The notes: generated by a model from the letters alone, not told the origin. 64,000 nucleotides of DNA from Nitrosopumilus sp. (GCA_965207075.1 CBDBLO010000002.1:1792001-1856000), one strand, 5' to 3'; shown: positions 1 through 9,556, counted from the first letter of the stretch. A program made the numbers and translations.

Positions 1-563
1 TGGTCGTGGATTCCAAACGAGTACGTGGTGTTCAGCACGATCTGCGGATACCTGCGGCTGACTGCAATGTGCTCGTCCATTATCTCCTGGCGCTTTGCCT
101 GCGGCAGCAGGTACCACTCGCGGGTCTTTGTAAACGGGTACACGACAACGTACTTTTTGGGGGGGTCGCCGGCCACAAAGCCTTGCGGCCCTGCGCCTGG
201 CGCGTACACGGAGGGCCGGGTGCACGACAGATACGTCCGAGACGGTATAATGTACTTGCCAAAGACCGTGCCGTACAGGCGCTCTGTCGCCGTCTGGATC
301 TCGTCTACCGTGCGGGCGGCAAACCATAGTAGGAAGTCCGCGTCGTCGCGGAGCCCGACGGTCGAGTACGAGCGGTAGGACACGCCCGTATAGTCCAGTA
401 TGTTCTTGACCTCCTTTGCGGACTCCTCCTTTGCTAGGTCCGCCATCCACCGCCACTTGGCATCAAGCTTGTAAAACGAGAATCCGAAATAGTACTGGTC
501 GGCTGCCGGCTGCGAGGGGTCGGGCGCGGCGTTGTCGTGGTTGCCATGGTTGCTGTCAGACAC
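1..563 (-). CDS. Chlorite dismutase/HemQ-like heme-binding family protein (3' end runs off window)
   Basis: Manual minus-strand translation from GTG at 563: ...QYYFGFSFYKLDAKWRWMADLAKEESAKEV...YSTVGLRDDADFLLW...YPFTKTREWYLLPQAKRQEIMDEHIAVSRRYPQIVLNTTYSFGIHD; the YPF..REWYLL...M.EH and TTYSFGI motifs are typical of the family. Confidence 0.85.
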   Translation of the reverse strand, partial: MSDSNHGNHDNAAPDPSQPAADQYYFGFSFYKLDAKWRWMADLAKEESAKEVKNILDYTGVSYRSYSTVGLRDDADFLLWFAARTVDEIQTATERLYGTVFGKYIIPSRTYLSCTRPSVYAPGAGPQGFVAGDPPKKYVVVYPFTKTREWYLLPQAKRQEIMDEHIAVSRRYPQIVLNTTYSFGIHD

Positions 564-655
564 AAGCTGTGTCCCAAGTGTCCGTTTAAAAAGTCTGACA
601 TCCTGCGCCCCGGATGCTGGTTCCATGCGCATGCAGTGGATTCGGCGGCACCGGG

Positions 656-727
656 GGACAGGCGGCGTCCGGACAGGCGGCGTCCGGACAGGCGGCGTCC
701 GGACAGGCGGCGTCCGGACAGGCGGCG
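656..727. repeat. 15-bp tandem repeat (GGACAGGCGGCGTCC) x ~4.8, intergenic
   Basis: Units at 656, 671, 686, 701 and a partial unit at 716. Confidence 0.95.
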
Positions 728-735
728 CGCCGAGA

Positions 736-1377
736 TCAGCGGCCGGACGACCAGTCGTCAAACTTGTTGATTCTCTGCTGCCGCCTCATGTCTATAAGAA
801 AGATGACGATTCCCGCAACCATTACGATCAGTCCCGCTATTAGTGCCGCGCCCGCTATAACGAGCGGAAAGATCAGCTTGTTCAGCGGCGAGTCGGGATC
901 CATAAACATCTCTGAATTCTCCGGATCCTCGGAGAACATTACGATTACCGTAACCGGCTCGGGGCCGGTGTTTGTTATCTCAACGTCCATGGGGCCTGCA
1001 CTGGCCTGCTCCACGGCCTCAAACGCCATCTCGTCAACCTGGGCGGACCGGCCGTACGCGTTCCCCGAGGGGCCGTACGCCGCGATTGACAGGGAGTCGC
1101 CGGGCTCATAGTCTGTCACATGGACCGCCCATATGACGGGAACGCCGTCTGACTCCACCGCAAAGGACACGCGCTCTGTGGCGCCCGGTATGACCGTCAT
1201 CTCGTCTGTAATCGTGCTGAACATGCCATCGAAGATGGACGACACGTCAAACCCCGCAGGGCCCATAAAGGAGGATTCGGCAACCGAGTTTGCGGCCAGG
1301 AGCGACACGCCGAACAGTACCGTCCCCGCGCAGGCCGCATAGAGTCCACGCTTTTTCATCGTTGCATACATCGCCAA
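736..1377 (-). CDS. Hypothetical membrane protein (N-terminal signal/TM, C-terminal TM)
   Basis: 213-aa ORF with hydrophobic termini and a basic tail (DMRRQQR). Confidence 0.75.
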   Translation of the reverse strand: MAMYATMKKRGLYAACAGTVLFGVSLLAANSVAESSFMGPAGFDVSSIFDGMFSTITDEMTVIPGATERVSFAVESDGVPVIWAVHVTDYEPGDSLSIAAYGPSGNAYGRSAQVDEMAFEAVEQASAGPMDVEITNTGPEPVTVIVMFSEDPENSEMFMDPDSPLNKLIFPLVIAGAALIAGLIVMVAGIVIFLIDMRRQQRINKFDDWSSGR

Positions 1378-1478
1378 TCTTACATTAATGTCTAGGGTTC
1401 CTCATGCGGGGCAGCACGGGGCGGGAAAAATGCTTGCGCCGGCCCGCGACTGGGCGGCCACCGGCGGCGTCGGCGGCG

Positions 1479-1766
1479 TCAGTCGGCCACCACCCTGACG
1501 CCCTTCCAGAACGCAACCATGCCGCGTATGTGCGCGGCATCAGGGCTCGGGTCCGCATAGCACCAGGCGCAGTCCTCGTTGGTGCGGTCACCCGCCACCG
1601 CCGTATAGTAGCTTGCCGTCCCCTTCCAGCCGCAAAAGCTCGTGGTGTCGCTGGGCCGCATCATGTCCATCCTGACCGACTCCGCCGGAAAGTAGTGGTT
1701 GCCCTCGACTATGACCGTATCGTCGCTCTCGGCCAGTACGGTGTCGTTCCAGACTGCCCTGACCAT
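1479..1766 (-). CDS. DUF427 family protein
   Basis: AVWNDTVLAESDDT..VEGNHYFP...CGWKGTASYY...AWCY.DP....HIRG.VAFW signature. Confidence 0.9.
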   Translation of the reverse strand: MVRAVWNDTVLAESDDTVIVEGNHYFPAESVRMDMMRPSDTTSFCGWKGTASYYTAVAGDRTNEDCAWCYADPSPDAAHIRGMVAFWKGVRVVAD

Positions 1767-1770
1767 GGAA

Positions 1771-3336
1771 TCACGCGCCGCCGGGCCCCTTTTCTTCCTT
1801 TTCCTCTTCCTTCTCCTCTTCTGCCATCCCGTGCATCTCCCCCTTCATCTCCCTCCTGGAGCGGAACTGCGGGGTCACACCCAGCGCCTCGTAGTTTCCA
1901 GTGGAGCACGCAAAGCACATGGAGTCTGCCGGCATTCCTACTGCCTCGGCCAGGTTCTCCGCGTCGTTGTACCCCAGAAAGTCGGCGCCTATGTCGCGGC
2001 GGACCTTCTCGGTCATCTCCTCCCTGGTCATGTCCGGCCTTGCGCCCCCCGAATTGGTTGCAAGCTCCTCCTGTGACGGAAAGTCGATGCCGGCATAGCA
2101 GGGATGCGTGACGGGCGGGTACGTTATCAGCATGCTGATCTTCCGCGCGCCGGCGCGCCGGAGGGCCTTTACTATCGACTTGGAGCTGGTGCCCCGGACC
2201 AGGCTGTCGTCGACTACGACCACGTGCCTTCCCTGTATGATCTCCCTTATGGGCATTATCCACCTGTTTATCTCGACGCGCTCCGTCTGGTGCGGCTCGA
2301 TAAAGCTCCGCAGCGGCCCCTTCTTGCTGTAGCGGTCCTTGAGCAGCCCCTCGTCAAACGAGAGTCCGAGCTGCTGGGCGTATCCCAGCGCCGCGGGCCT
2401 TGCAGAGTCAGGGACCGGCACGACGAGGTCCGCGTCCCGTATGGGAAACTTGCGCGCCAAGAGCCGCCCGATGTTCTTTCTTGCGACGTAGATGTTGGCG
2501 CCCTCCATGTTGCTTGAGGGGTGCGCAAAGTATGTGAATTCAAAGGAGCAGTGCGCCCTTGACGCGTCGTCAGAGAACCGCTCGGACTCGAGGCCGTCCC
2601 CGCTTATGCGCAAGAGCTCGCCAGGCTCCACGTTCCGGAGCAGCTCGGCGCCCACGGCGGAGAGCGCCGAGGACTCGGATGCCACGATGTACACGTCGTC
2701 GTCCTCTTTGTGGCCCAGCACCATGGGCCTGAAGCCCTTCGGGTCCCGCGCCGCGTACACGGAGCCGTCGTCGGATATGAAGGTAAAGCAGAACGAGCCG
2801 ACCATCTCGTTCTTCAGGACGGAGAGGGCCTGCCCGAGCCCGCTGTTGTCGGACATCAGGGAGACCAGCCTGTGGGCCGCCACCAGGGTGTCAGTCGCGC
2901 TCTGCGGCGTGAACGTGCACCCGCCGACCATGTTTGAGATCTCCTGGGCGTTTGCTATCGTGCCGTTGTGGGCCACGCACATGTCCCCCACCTTGAGGGG
3001 CTGGGCGTGCTCGAGCCCGCCCCCTCCCACGGTAGAGTAGCGGACGTGCCCTATTACGGCGGGGGACGCGTACTCGTGCGCAAGCCTCCTGAAATCAGAC
3101 GACGAGCCGGAGACCAGCCCCATCCTCTTGAGGGGCGCCTTGCCGGGGACCGCGATGCCCCACGCCTCCTGCCCCCGGTGCTGGAGGGCCCTCAGCGTGT
3201 CTATGCACATGGGGACGACGTTGGCCCCCCGTACGCTAAATATGGCCACAACCCCGCAGTTCTCATGGGGCCTGTCGTCAAGCTCCGTGCACCATCCCCC
3301 CCAACACACCTGACCACTCCCCGCGAGTCTTATCAA
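1771..3336 (-). CDS. purF: Amidophosphoribosyltransferase (start uncertain)
   Basis: ENCGVV Ntn motif, LQHRGQE, GHVRYST, VDDSLVRGTSS PRPP loop, Fe-S cysteines; located in pur cluster. Confidence 0.97.
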   Translation of the reverse strand: MIRLAGSGQVCWGGWCTELDDRPHENCGVVAIFSVRGANVVPMCIDTLRALQHRGQEAWGIAVPGKAPLKRMGLVSGSSSDFRRLAHEYASPAVIGHVRYSTVGGGGLEHAQPLKVGDMCVAHNGTIANAQEISNMVGGCTFTPQSATDTLVAAHRLVSLMSDNSGLGQALSVLKNEMVGSFCFTFISDDGSVYAARDPKGFRPMVLGHKEDDDVYIVASESSALSAVGAELLRNVEPGELLRISGDGLESERFSDDASRAHCSFEFTYFAHPSSNMEGANIYVARKNIGRLLARKFPIRDADLVVPVPDSARPAALGYAQQLGLSFDEGLLKDRYSKKGPLRSFIEPHQTERVEINRWIMPIREIIQGRHVVVVDDSLVRGTSSKSIVKALRRAGARKISMLITYPPVTHPCYAGIDFPSQEELATNSGGARPDMTREEMTEKVRRDIGADFLGYNDAENLAEAVGMPADSMCFACSTGNYEALGVTPQFRSRREMKGEMHGMAEEEKEEEKEEKGPGGA

Positions 3337-5605
3337 CGCTTAGGTCTGCAACGATTCTGCCGCCGCCACTGCGAAATATGATGCGTCCGTCCTGTGCGCC
3401 CCGCGTGGCGCGCCCTATGCGCGCGTGCGCGGCGCCAGAGCGGGCCAGCAGATCCTCCACTTCCTGCAGGGACCCGTCGGGGACCAGCACTACATACCGG
3501 GAGTGGCTTTCGGAGAACAGTGTCACGTCATCTGGCATTTCGCGCGATTGCGCACCGGCGGTGCCGTCAGCCGCGGTGCCGGCATCGTGCGCGCGTGGAA
3601 CCCTTGCAATGTCCACGTCGCAGCCCAGTCCCGCACCGAGGCACACCTCGGATACCGCGGCGGCCAGCCCGCCCTTTGAGCAGTCGTGCACCATGTGGGA
3701 GAGCCCCACCCTCCTCGTGATGTCCAGTATGGCGCCAGAGTTGCGCCGAGACTCCGCGGCGCTCACGGCGGGGCACCTGCCGCCCACCACGCCCCGGATG
3801 TACTCGTAGTATTCGGATCCCCCCATCTCGTCCTTGGTCGACCCCACCACAATGATGTGGTCGCCGTCCGCGGGTCTCGCGCGCATGCGCTGCATTGCAG
3901 AATCATCGGCGCGCCCGCCGCCGTCTTTGCTGCCGTCGCCCGACACCAGTCCCAAGACTGCTATCACCGGCGTGGGCTTTATCGGCCCCGACGGCGTCTC
4001 ATTGTACAGGCTGACCTTGCCCCCCACGCACGGGATGCCCATCTCCCTTGCAAAGTCCGAGATGCCCCGAACAGACTCGACGAACGTCCAGAACACGCCG
4101 GGATTCGTGGGATCCCCGAACTGCAGGTGGTCAAGCATTCCTATCGGGGCGGCGCCCGTGCACACCACGTTGCGGCAGGCCTCCTCAAAGCATCCGATGG
4201 CGCCCTGCCGCGGGTTGACGTAGCAGTGCTTTGGGTTTCCGTCCATGGATACGGCCAGGTACCTGCCGTTGTCAAGCCGCAGGACCGACGCGTCGGCCCC
4301 CGGCCGCACCACCGTGCGTATGCCGACCTCGTGATCGTACTGGGAGTACACCCAGCTGCGGCTGGCAATGTTGGGCGACGTCATAAGCCTGCGCAGTATA
4401 TCGGTATAGTCCGCGGCACCCCCGCCCCCCTGCGCGTGCGGCGCGCACGACACGTCCTCTATCCCGTCAAGGTATGCGGGCCTCTGGCGCGGCAGGTCAA
4501 GGAGGCGCGCGTTTGCAACCACCTCGGCGGGCATCTCTGCTGCCACGTCTTCTTCTTCTTCTTCTCCGCCTTCTGTTCTTCTCCCCCCCGACGTCACGCG
4601 CATCATGCCGTCGCGTTTTACCACCCCTATGACGGAGTGTGACACGCCAAACTTGGAGCAGATCTCCCTTATGGCCTGCAGGCCCCGGACGCCGTCCGTA
4701 ATTATCAGCATGCGCTCCTGGGACTCGGATGTCATTATCTCCTCGACGGACATGCCGCCCTCCCGGGCATGCACGGCGTCCGCATTTATGGTGATTCCGA
4801 CCCCGAGCGCGTCGGCAGTCTCAGATACGGCGCACGACAGGCCTCCGCCGCCCAGATCCTTCATGGCGTGTATCGCGCCGGCGCTGCGGGCCTCGAGCAC
4901 CGCCTCTATCAGCAGCTTTTCAATGAACGGATCCGGTATCTGGACCGCGGACCTGTCCTCGGTCTCCAGCGAGTCCGATGCGAACTGCGAGCCGCCGATG
5001 CCGTCGCGGCCCGTGGGGCCCCCGAGCAGCACGACCACGTCGCCCGGCTCGGCGTGGTTTCTCACCAGCCTGTCCCTCTTGCCAAACCCGATCGCCGCGA
5101 CGTCGACCATGGCGTATCCGGCATACGAGTCGTCAAATTCCAGCTCGCCGCCGACCGTGGGAATTCCAATGCAGTTTCCATAGTCCGCGATCCCGGACAC
5201 GGCGTTCTTGAAGAGCCACAGTGACTTGGGATCCGTGCGGGGGTTGCCAAAGCGCAGCCCGTCCAGTATGGCGATCGGCCTGGTGCCGGCCGAGAGTATG
5301 TCGCGTATCACCCCGCCCACGCCGGTGGCGGCCCCGCCGTACGGCTCGACTGCCGACGGGTGGTTGTGGCTCTCTATGTGGGCCGTCACCACGTAGCCGC
5401 CCCCCACGTCAAGCACGCCCGAGTCGTATCCCTTCTCCGAGATGACCAGCGGCCCGTCGGTGGGAAGTATGCGCAGGTGCCTCTTGGAGGACTTGTACGA
5501 GCAGTGCTCCGACCACTCGGCGGCCACTATGTGGAGCTCCGCCGGGCGCGGGATCCGGCCCAGCCGGGACGTCAGATAGTCCAGCTCGGACTGCTCGAGG
5601 CTCAA
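3278..5605 (-). CDS. purL: Phosphoribosylformylglycinamidine synthase subunit PurL
   Basis: WSEHCSYKSS, ESHNHPS, GAATGVGG, DLGGGGL, SESQERM motifs. Confidence 0.98.
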   Translation of the reverse strand: MSLEQSELDYLTSRLGRIPRPAELHIVAAEWSEHCSYKSSKRHLRILPTDGPLVISEKGYDSGVLDVGGGYVVTAHIESHNHPSAVEPYGGAATGVGGVIRDILSAGTRPIAILDGLRFGNPRTDPKSLWLFKNAVSGIADYGNCIGIPTVGGELEFDDSYAGYAMVDVAAIGFGKRDRLVRNHAEPGDVVVLLGGPTGRDGIGGSQFASDSLETEDRSAVQIPDPFIEKLLIEAVLEARSAGAIHAMKDLGGGGLSCAVSETADALGVGITINADAVHAREGGMSVEEIMTSESQERMLIITDGVRGLQAIREICSKFGVSHSVIGVVKRDGMMRVTSGGRRTEGGEEEEEDVAAEMPAEVVANARLLDLPRQRPAYLDGIEDVSCAPHAQGGGGAADYTDILRRLMTSPNIASRSWVYSQYDHEVGIRTVVRPGADASVLRLDNGRYLAVSMDGNPKHCYVNPRQGAIGCFEEACRNVVCTGAAPIGMLDHLQFGDPTNPGVFWTFVESVRGISDFAREMGIPCVGGKVSLYNETPSGPIKPTPVIAVLGLVSGDGSKDGGGRADDSAMQRMRARPADGDHIIVVGSTKDEMGGSEYYEYIRGVVGGRCPAVSAAESRRNSGAILDITRRVGLSHMVHDCSKGGLAAAVSEVCLGAGLGCDVDIARVPRAHDAGTAADGTAGAQSREMPDDVTLFSESHSRYVVLVPDGSLQEVEDLLARSGAAHARIGRATRGAQDGRIIFRSGGGRIVADLSVDKTRGEWSGVLGGMVHGA

Positions 5606-5675
5606 CGCCGGAACGCATCCTCCGGCATGGCTGCAGGCGTGGCCCCACTGGCGGCCGCGGCGTCCAGGGTATCCC

Positions 5676-6416
5676 TCATTGCGATCTTGCCTCCTCCTCT
5701 TCCATTCCCCTGCCTACGTACCCGGCGTGATCGATCTGCTGCGCGTGTATGCAGCCTGCAAGCGACTCGAATATCATGCGCGCGGGCCCGCAGTCCACGG
5801 GGTTCGTCTCGTACTCTGCGGCCCGCTCCGGGTGCGGCATCATCCCCACCACGTTGCCGTCGTCGCTGCATATGCCCGCTATTCCGCCTACGGAGCCGTT
5901 TACGGAACCGTCGGCATACCGGAATACGACGCGGCCGCCCTTCTGCAGGTCCCTCACGGTGTCCTCGTCCGCATAGTACCGGCCCTCGCCGTTTGCAATC
6001 GGTATCGGGATTCGCTGCCCCATATACAGCATCGACGTAAACGGGGTCGATGCATTCTCCACAACCAGGTCGGTCCACTGGCACATGAACCCAAGCGACT
6101 CGTTTACCAGGAGGGCTCCGGGCAGTATGCCGCACTCTGTCAGGATCTGAAAGCCGTTGCATACGCCCAGTACCGGGGTGCCTTCGGATGCCAGCCTCCG
6201 GACGTCAGACATTACGGGGCTGTGCGCCGCAATCGCCCCCGCGCGCAGGCGGTCGCCGTACGAGAATCCTCCGGGCAGTACCACGGCATCCGTCCCGGCA
6301 GGAACGGTCTTTGTGTGCCAGATGTACTGCACGTCGAACCCGAACACGTCGCGCAGTACGTGATGCATGTCGCGATCGCAGTTGCTGCCAGGGAATACCA
6401 CGATTCCGACCTTCAC
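5676..6416 (-). CDS. purQ: FGAM synthase glutaminase subunit PurQ
   Basis: FPGSNCDRD, PGGFSYGD, GVCNGFQ, MMPHPER. Confidence 0.97.
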   Translation of the reverse strand: MKVGIVVFPGSNCDRDMHHVLRDVFGFDVQYIWHTKTVPAGTDAVVLPGGFSYGDRLRAGAIAAHSPVMSDVRRLASEGTPVLGVCNGFQILTECGILPGALLVNESLGFMCQWTDLVVENASTPFTSMLYMGQRIPIPIANGEGRYYADEDTVRDLQKGGRVVFRYADGSVNGSVGGIAGICSDDGNVVGMMPHPERAAEYETNPVDCGPARMIFESLAGCIHAQQIDHAGYVGRGMEEEEARSQ

Positions 6417-6497
6417 GAGGCGCAAACGTCAGAGTCGTATTTATTCTGTCGCAGGCGCGTGCAGAGGATCGTCGCACATGGCGGCGGCCCGGCCTAC

Positions 6498-6821
6498 TCA
6501 CGGGATTGGCTCGGCCGTTATGTCCACCATACTGACAATGGGGTTGTACAGGTGCAGCGCGTCGCACACCTTGCGAACGTCCCGTACGGCAGACTCGGCA
6601 TCCTGGGAATCAACTGTCATGCGCAGCATCTTCGCGGTCTTGATTTCGGATATGCGGCAGCCGTTGTTTCCGCTTTCGTTGTTGCCGTTACTGCCGGCGC
6701 CGCCTCCGCTCGCTTCGTCCCGCCCCTCCTTGAGTACCAGATCTCGGAGTATGGTCTCGCCTTCCGGGTCGCTGAGGCCCTGCTTGTTCTCAATTACGAC
6801 CGTAACGGTGAACCTCCGCAT
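6498..6821 (-). CDS. purS: FGAM synthase subunit PurS (with Gly/Asn-rich insertion)
   Basis: DPEGETI and LYNPIV motifs; directly upstream of purQ. Confidence 0.9.
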   Translation of the reverse strand: MRRFTVTVVIENKQGLSDPEGETILRDLVLKEGRDEASGGGAGSNGNNESGNNGCRISEIKTAKMLRMTVDSQDAESAVRDVRKVCDALHLYNPIVSMVDITAEPIP

Positions 6822-7409
6822 GGCACGGCGCGGAACTTGTCTATTATCTACCTATCGAGGCGACGCGCGGCGGCCAGGCCAGTGTGACGACAGCGTGCAA
6901 CGGAAAACTTCGAGAAAATGCTGCCGCATCCAGGCCCCGCAGCGCAAAACTGGAAGGCGCCGCGCAAGCACAGCATGACGGCACACCGGGGATGTTCACC
7001 AACCGGCCGTCTAGCATCCTGCGCCCGCTTGCGTGCGCGTAACGGGCAACACTCTTCCCCCTCTCCCCCCACCCCCGTAACATACAGATCCTACGACCGT
7101 AGATGGCACCCAGCCTAGCCGGGCATGATTGTCTTGTAGGCCTTTCTGTCAGATTGTGCCCCCAGCCGTCCTAGGCCAGCAGGCGTGCCATGAATATGTC
7201 GCAGGCCTTCATACCCGCGTCGATAAGGGGGTTTTGGCAGACTATTGAACCCGGTGCCATCCCGGGGTAGTGACCCTGATTGAAAGGCACGAGTTCAGAT
7301 GCCCTGTGTACAATGCCATGGGTAGAATCAACGCCGGACTTTAGGATAACGTGAACTCATGCACTGAAAGCGCAGACAGTTTTAAAAACAATTGGAGGTA
7401 TCACAATGC

Positions 7410-7553
7410 ATGTCAGAGACAAAACAGGCATCAGACGACAGCTTGTGGCCAAACGAAGAATATGCAATAGAACAGTACGAATCCGGGAAGGACCGGCCAA
7501 AGTCATTTGAAACGGCCGAAGCGCTGATCAAAGATCTTCACAGGCCTGAATGA
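7410..7553 (+). CDS. Putative small acidic antitoxin (RelB/DinJ C-terminus-like), 47 aa
   Basis: Manual translation MSETKQASDDSLWPNEEYAIEQYESGKDRPKSFETAEALIKDLHRPE; TTTAAAAA and GGAGGT upstream; ATGA overlap with the toxin gene. Confidence 0.7.
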   Translation: MSETKQASDDSLWPNEEYAIEQYESGKDRPKSFETAEALIKDLHRPE

Positions 7554-7826
7554 CATTGTGGCGCATAGAGCGAACTGGCCTGTTTGTCAGTAGCTACAGA
7601 AGACTGCCGTCCCAGCTACAAAGCAGGGTAGACGAGGCCATATTGCACCTTGCAGAATCTGAAAATCCCGCAGAGGCAGGCATTCAAAAAAAAAGGCAGA
7701 TTCAAGGGATACCTTGCATATGAGATTGGGCGCTCGTACCGGCTGATCTACAAGGTCATCAACTGGCAAAAGATAATCCTGCTGGTGGTAGTAGGAGATC
7801 ACAAGTCAGTCTACGGCAAAGGCTGA
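7550..7826 (+). pseudogene. RelE/ParE-superfamily toxin, frameshifted in A9 run (7686-7694)
   Basis: MTLWRIERTGLFVSSYRRLPSQLQSRVDEAILHLAESENPAEAGIQKK, continuing in the +1 frame as GRFKGYLAYEIGRSYRLIYKV...ILLVVVGDHKSVYGKG*; RLIY and GDH..VY are RelE/YafQ-like. Confidence 0.8.
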
Positions 7827-8057
7827 TCCTTCTATATGATATCCGTGGAACCACGGCAACAGTCCACCGGGACGGGCATGTAGGAGCACGGAAGAGGCAT
7901 GTTCACGAATGGGAATGCCGACGTATGACACCCCCTACCAGAATCGTGTACGTCTGAATAAGAAGCCTGCTAGGCGAGGCGCGTGTCGGGAGGGGAGTGG
8001 GTAACTTACGCACGCCCATCAAGTTGGAATTTATACGGGCACCGCGCCCCCACGGCA

Positions 8058-8525
8058 ATGGCAAGGAACAGGTCAAGGTACTGGAAGCTCGAGGCAGGCG
8101 AGATGTCCGAGTTCAAGTACGACGAGTCCAAGCTGCTCAACTGGGAGATCAAGTGCGTGAGGCAGCCAGAAGACGAGGCCAGGTTCATCGGCGTCTTTCA
8201 GTACAGGAACGGGACGCCGTATGACTACGAGTCCATAAAGGGGGTCTGCTATTACCACAACAACATAGGGAGGGACGAGCTGCAGTCCATCACGTCGTTC
8301 CTGCAAAAGAGGTTCGGCGGCAAGCCCATGGAGAAGAGCGAGAGGATATTCCTGTCGGGCTCAGACGAGGTGTACGCGCCGTCAGAGATTGGGCGGCTGG
8401 CATCCGACATGGAGTCGGAGTTTAATGCAAAGGCAGTCATATCGCTCGAGTTTGAGGGGCCCAGCCAGGAGGAGCTGAAGGACGCGGGTCTGCCAGAGGC
8501 AAAGCTGCTGCCGGTTCCCACATAA
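8058..8525 (+). CDS. Hypothetical protein
   Basis: Strong GC3 coding bias; TTTATA box about 25 nt upstream of the ATG at 8058. Confidence 0.8.
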   Translation: MARNRSRYWKLEAGEMSEFKYDESKLLNWEIKCVRQPEDEARFIGVFQYRNGTPYDYESIKGVCYYHNNIGRDELQSITSFLQKRFGGKPMEKSERIFLSGSDEVYAPSEIGRLASDMESEFNAKAVISLEFEGPSQEELKDAGLPEAKLLPVPT

Positions 8526-8559
8526 TCATTATTACTCTGGTGCGAGTATAGTCACGATC

Positions 8560-9384
8560 ATGTCAGGCCTTGAGGGGTTCGGGGAACACGCAGAGGAGCT
8601 GCGCAAGCGCGCCGTCCGCGCCGTGCTGGCGGTGGCGATAATCACGACGTTCATACTCACGTTTCACATAGAGCCGTACCAGGCCGCCGTCGGCGCGGAC
8701 GGCGGCACGATAACCCTGTACTACCCCGCGCCGCAGCCGCTTGACAACATCGCGGCCCAGATTACCGGGCACCTGAGGGACGCCCTGGTACCCGATACGG
8801 TCCAGCTCATACAGACCGCCCCGGGCGAGGCGTTCTTTGCCCAGATATACATAGCGGCGCTCGTCGGGGTCGCGGCCTCCATGCCCCTCATAGTGCGCGA
8901 GGCGGCCGCGTTCATAAGACCCGCCCTGGAGGAGAGGGAGATACACGTCAGCAGGGCAATATCGCTTCCCGCAATAGGGCTGTTTGCGACGGGCTGCATA
9001 TTCTCATACTATATGGTGGTGCCGTACATACTGGACTTTCTGTACAGGTACGGCGAGTCGGCCGGGCTGGTCACGTTCCTGAACGTGATAGACTTTGTGA
9101 CGTTTGTGCTGCAGTTCCTGATCGCCTTTGGCATATCGTTCCAGCTCCCGCTTGCGATGTACGCGGCCACAATGTCGGGGATGGTCTCACCGGACTTTTG
9201 GAAGCGCAATGCAAGGTATGCCATAGTGGCCATCGTCGTATTCGGGGCCGTAATCACGCCCGACGGCAGCGGCGTTACGATGTGGTTCATCGCGGCCCCG
9301 ATGATAGCGCTGTACGCGGCCGGAACCGCGTTCATCATGCGCAGGGCAAGGACGCAGAGCGCCAGCCCAGACGCGGCGGTATGA
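8560..9384 (+). CDS. tatC: Twin-arginine translocase subunit TatC
   Basis: EH.EELRKR, FIRPAL...E, FGISFQLP, ITPD; about six TM segments. Confidence 0.95.
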   Translation: MSGLEGFGEHAEELRKRAVRAVLAVAIITTFILTFHIEPYQAAVGADGGTITLYYPAPQPLDNIAAQITGHLRDALVPDTVQLIQTAPGEAFFAQIYIAALVGVAASMPLIVREAAAFIRPALEEREIHVSRAISLPAIGLFATGCIFSYYMVVPYILDFLYRYGESAGLVTFLNVIDFVTFVLQFLIAFGISFQLPLAMYAATMSGMVSPDFWKRNARYAIVAIVVFGAVITPDGSGVTMWFIAAPMIALYAAGTAFIMRRARTQSASPDAAV

Positions 9385-9556
9385 CCGCACGTGCGCGTGC
9401 AGCGGCTCCGGTGAGGGACGAGCTTACGTAGGCCTGTCTGCCCCGGCCGCGCGGCGGCCGGAGGCTCCGTGCCGCGCCTGCCGCGCCCGCACTGCAGGCA
9501 CGGCCCCCCGGACCCAAAAATCGAACACTTAAATCCAAAAACTGCCAATGTATTGC

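Noticed and set aside
532-1111. Plus-strand ORFs with GGVRT / RRRPD / AASGQ repeats
   Set aside because: Translations of the intergenic 15-bp repeat, antisense to real genes
7080-7400. Possible ncRNA (SRP, RNase P) upstream of the TA pair
   Set aside because: No recognisable conserved motifs or long helices by eye; a covariance-model search would be needed
7587-7802. 71-aa minus-strand ORF
   Set aside because: Shadow of the frameshifted RelE-like toxin on the plus strand
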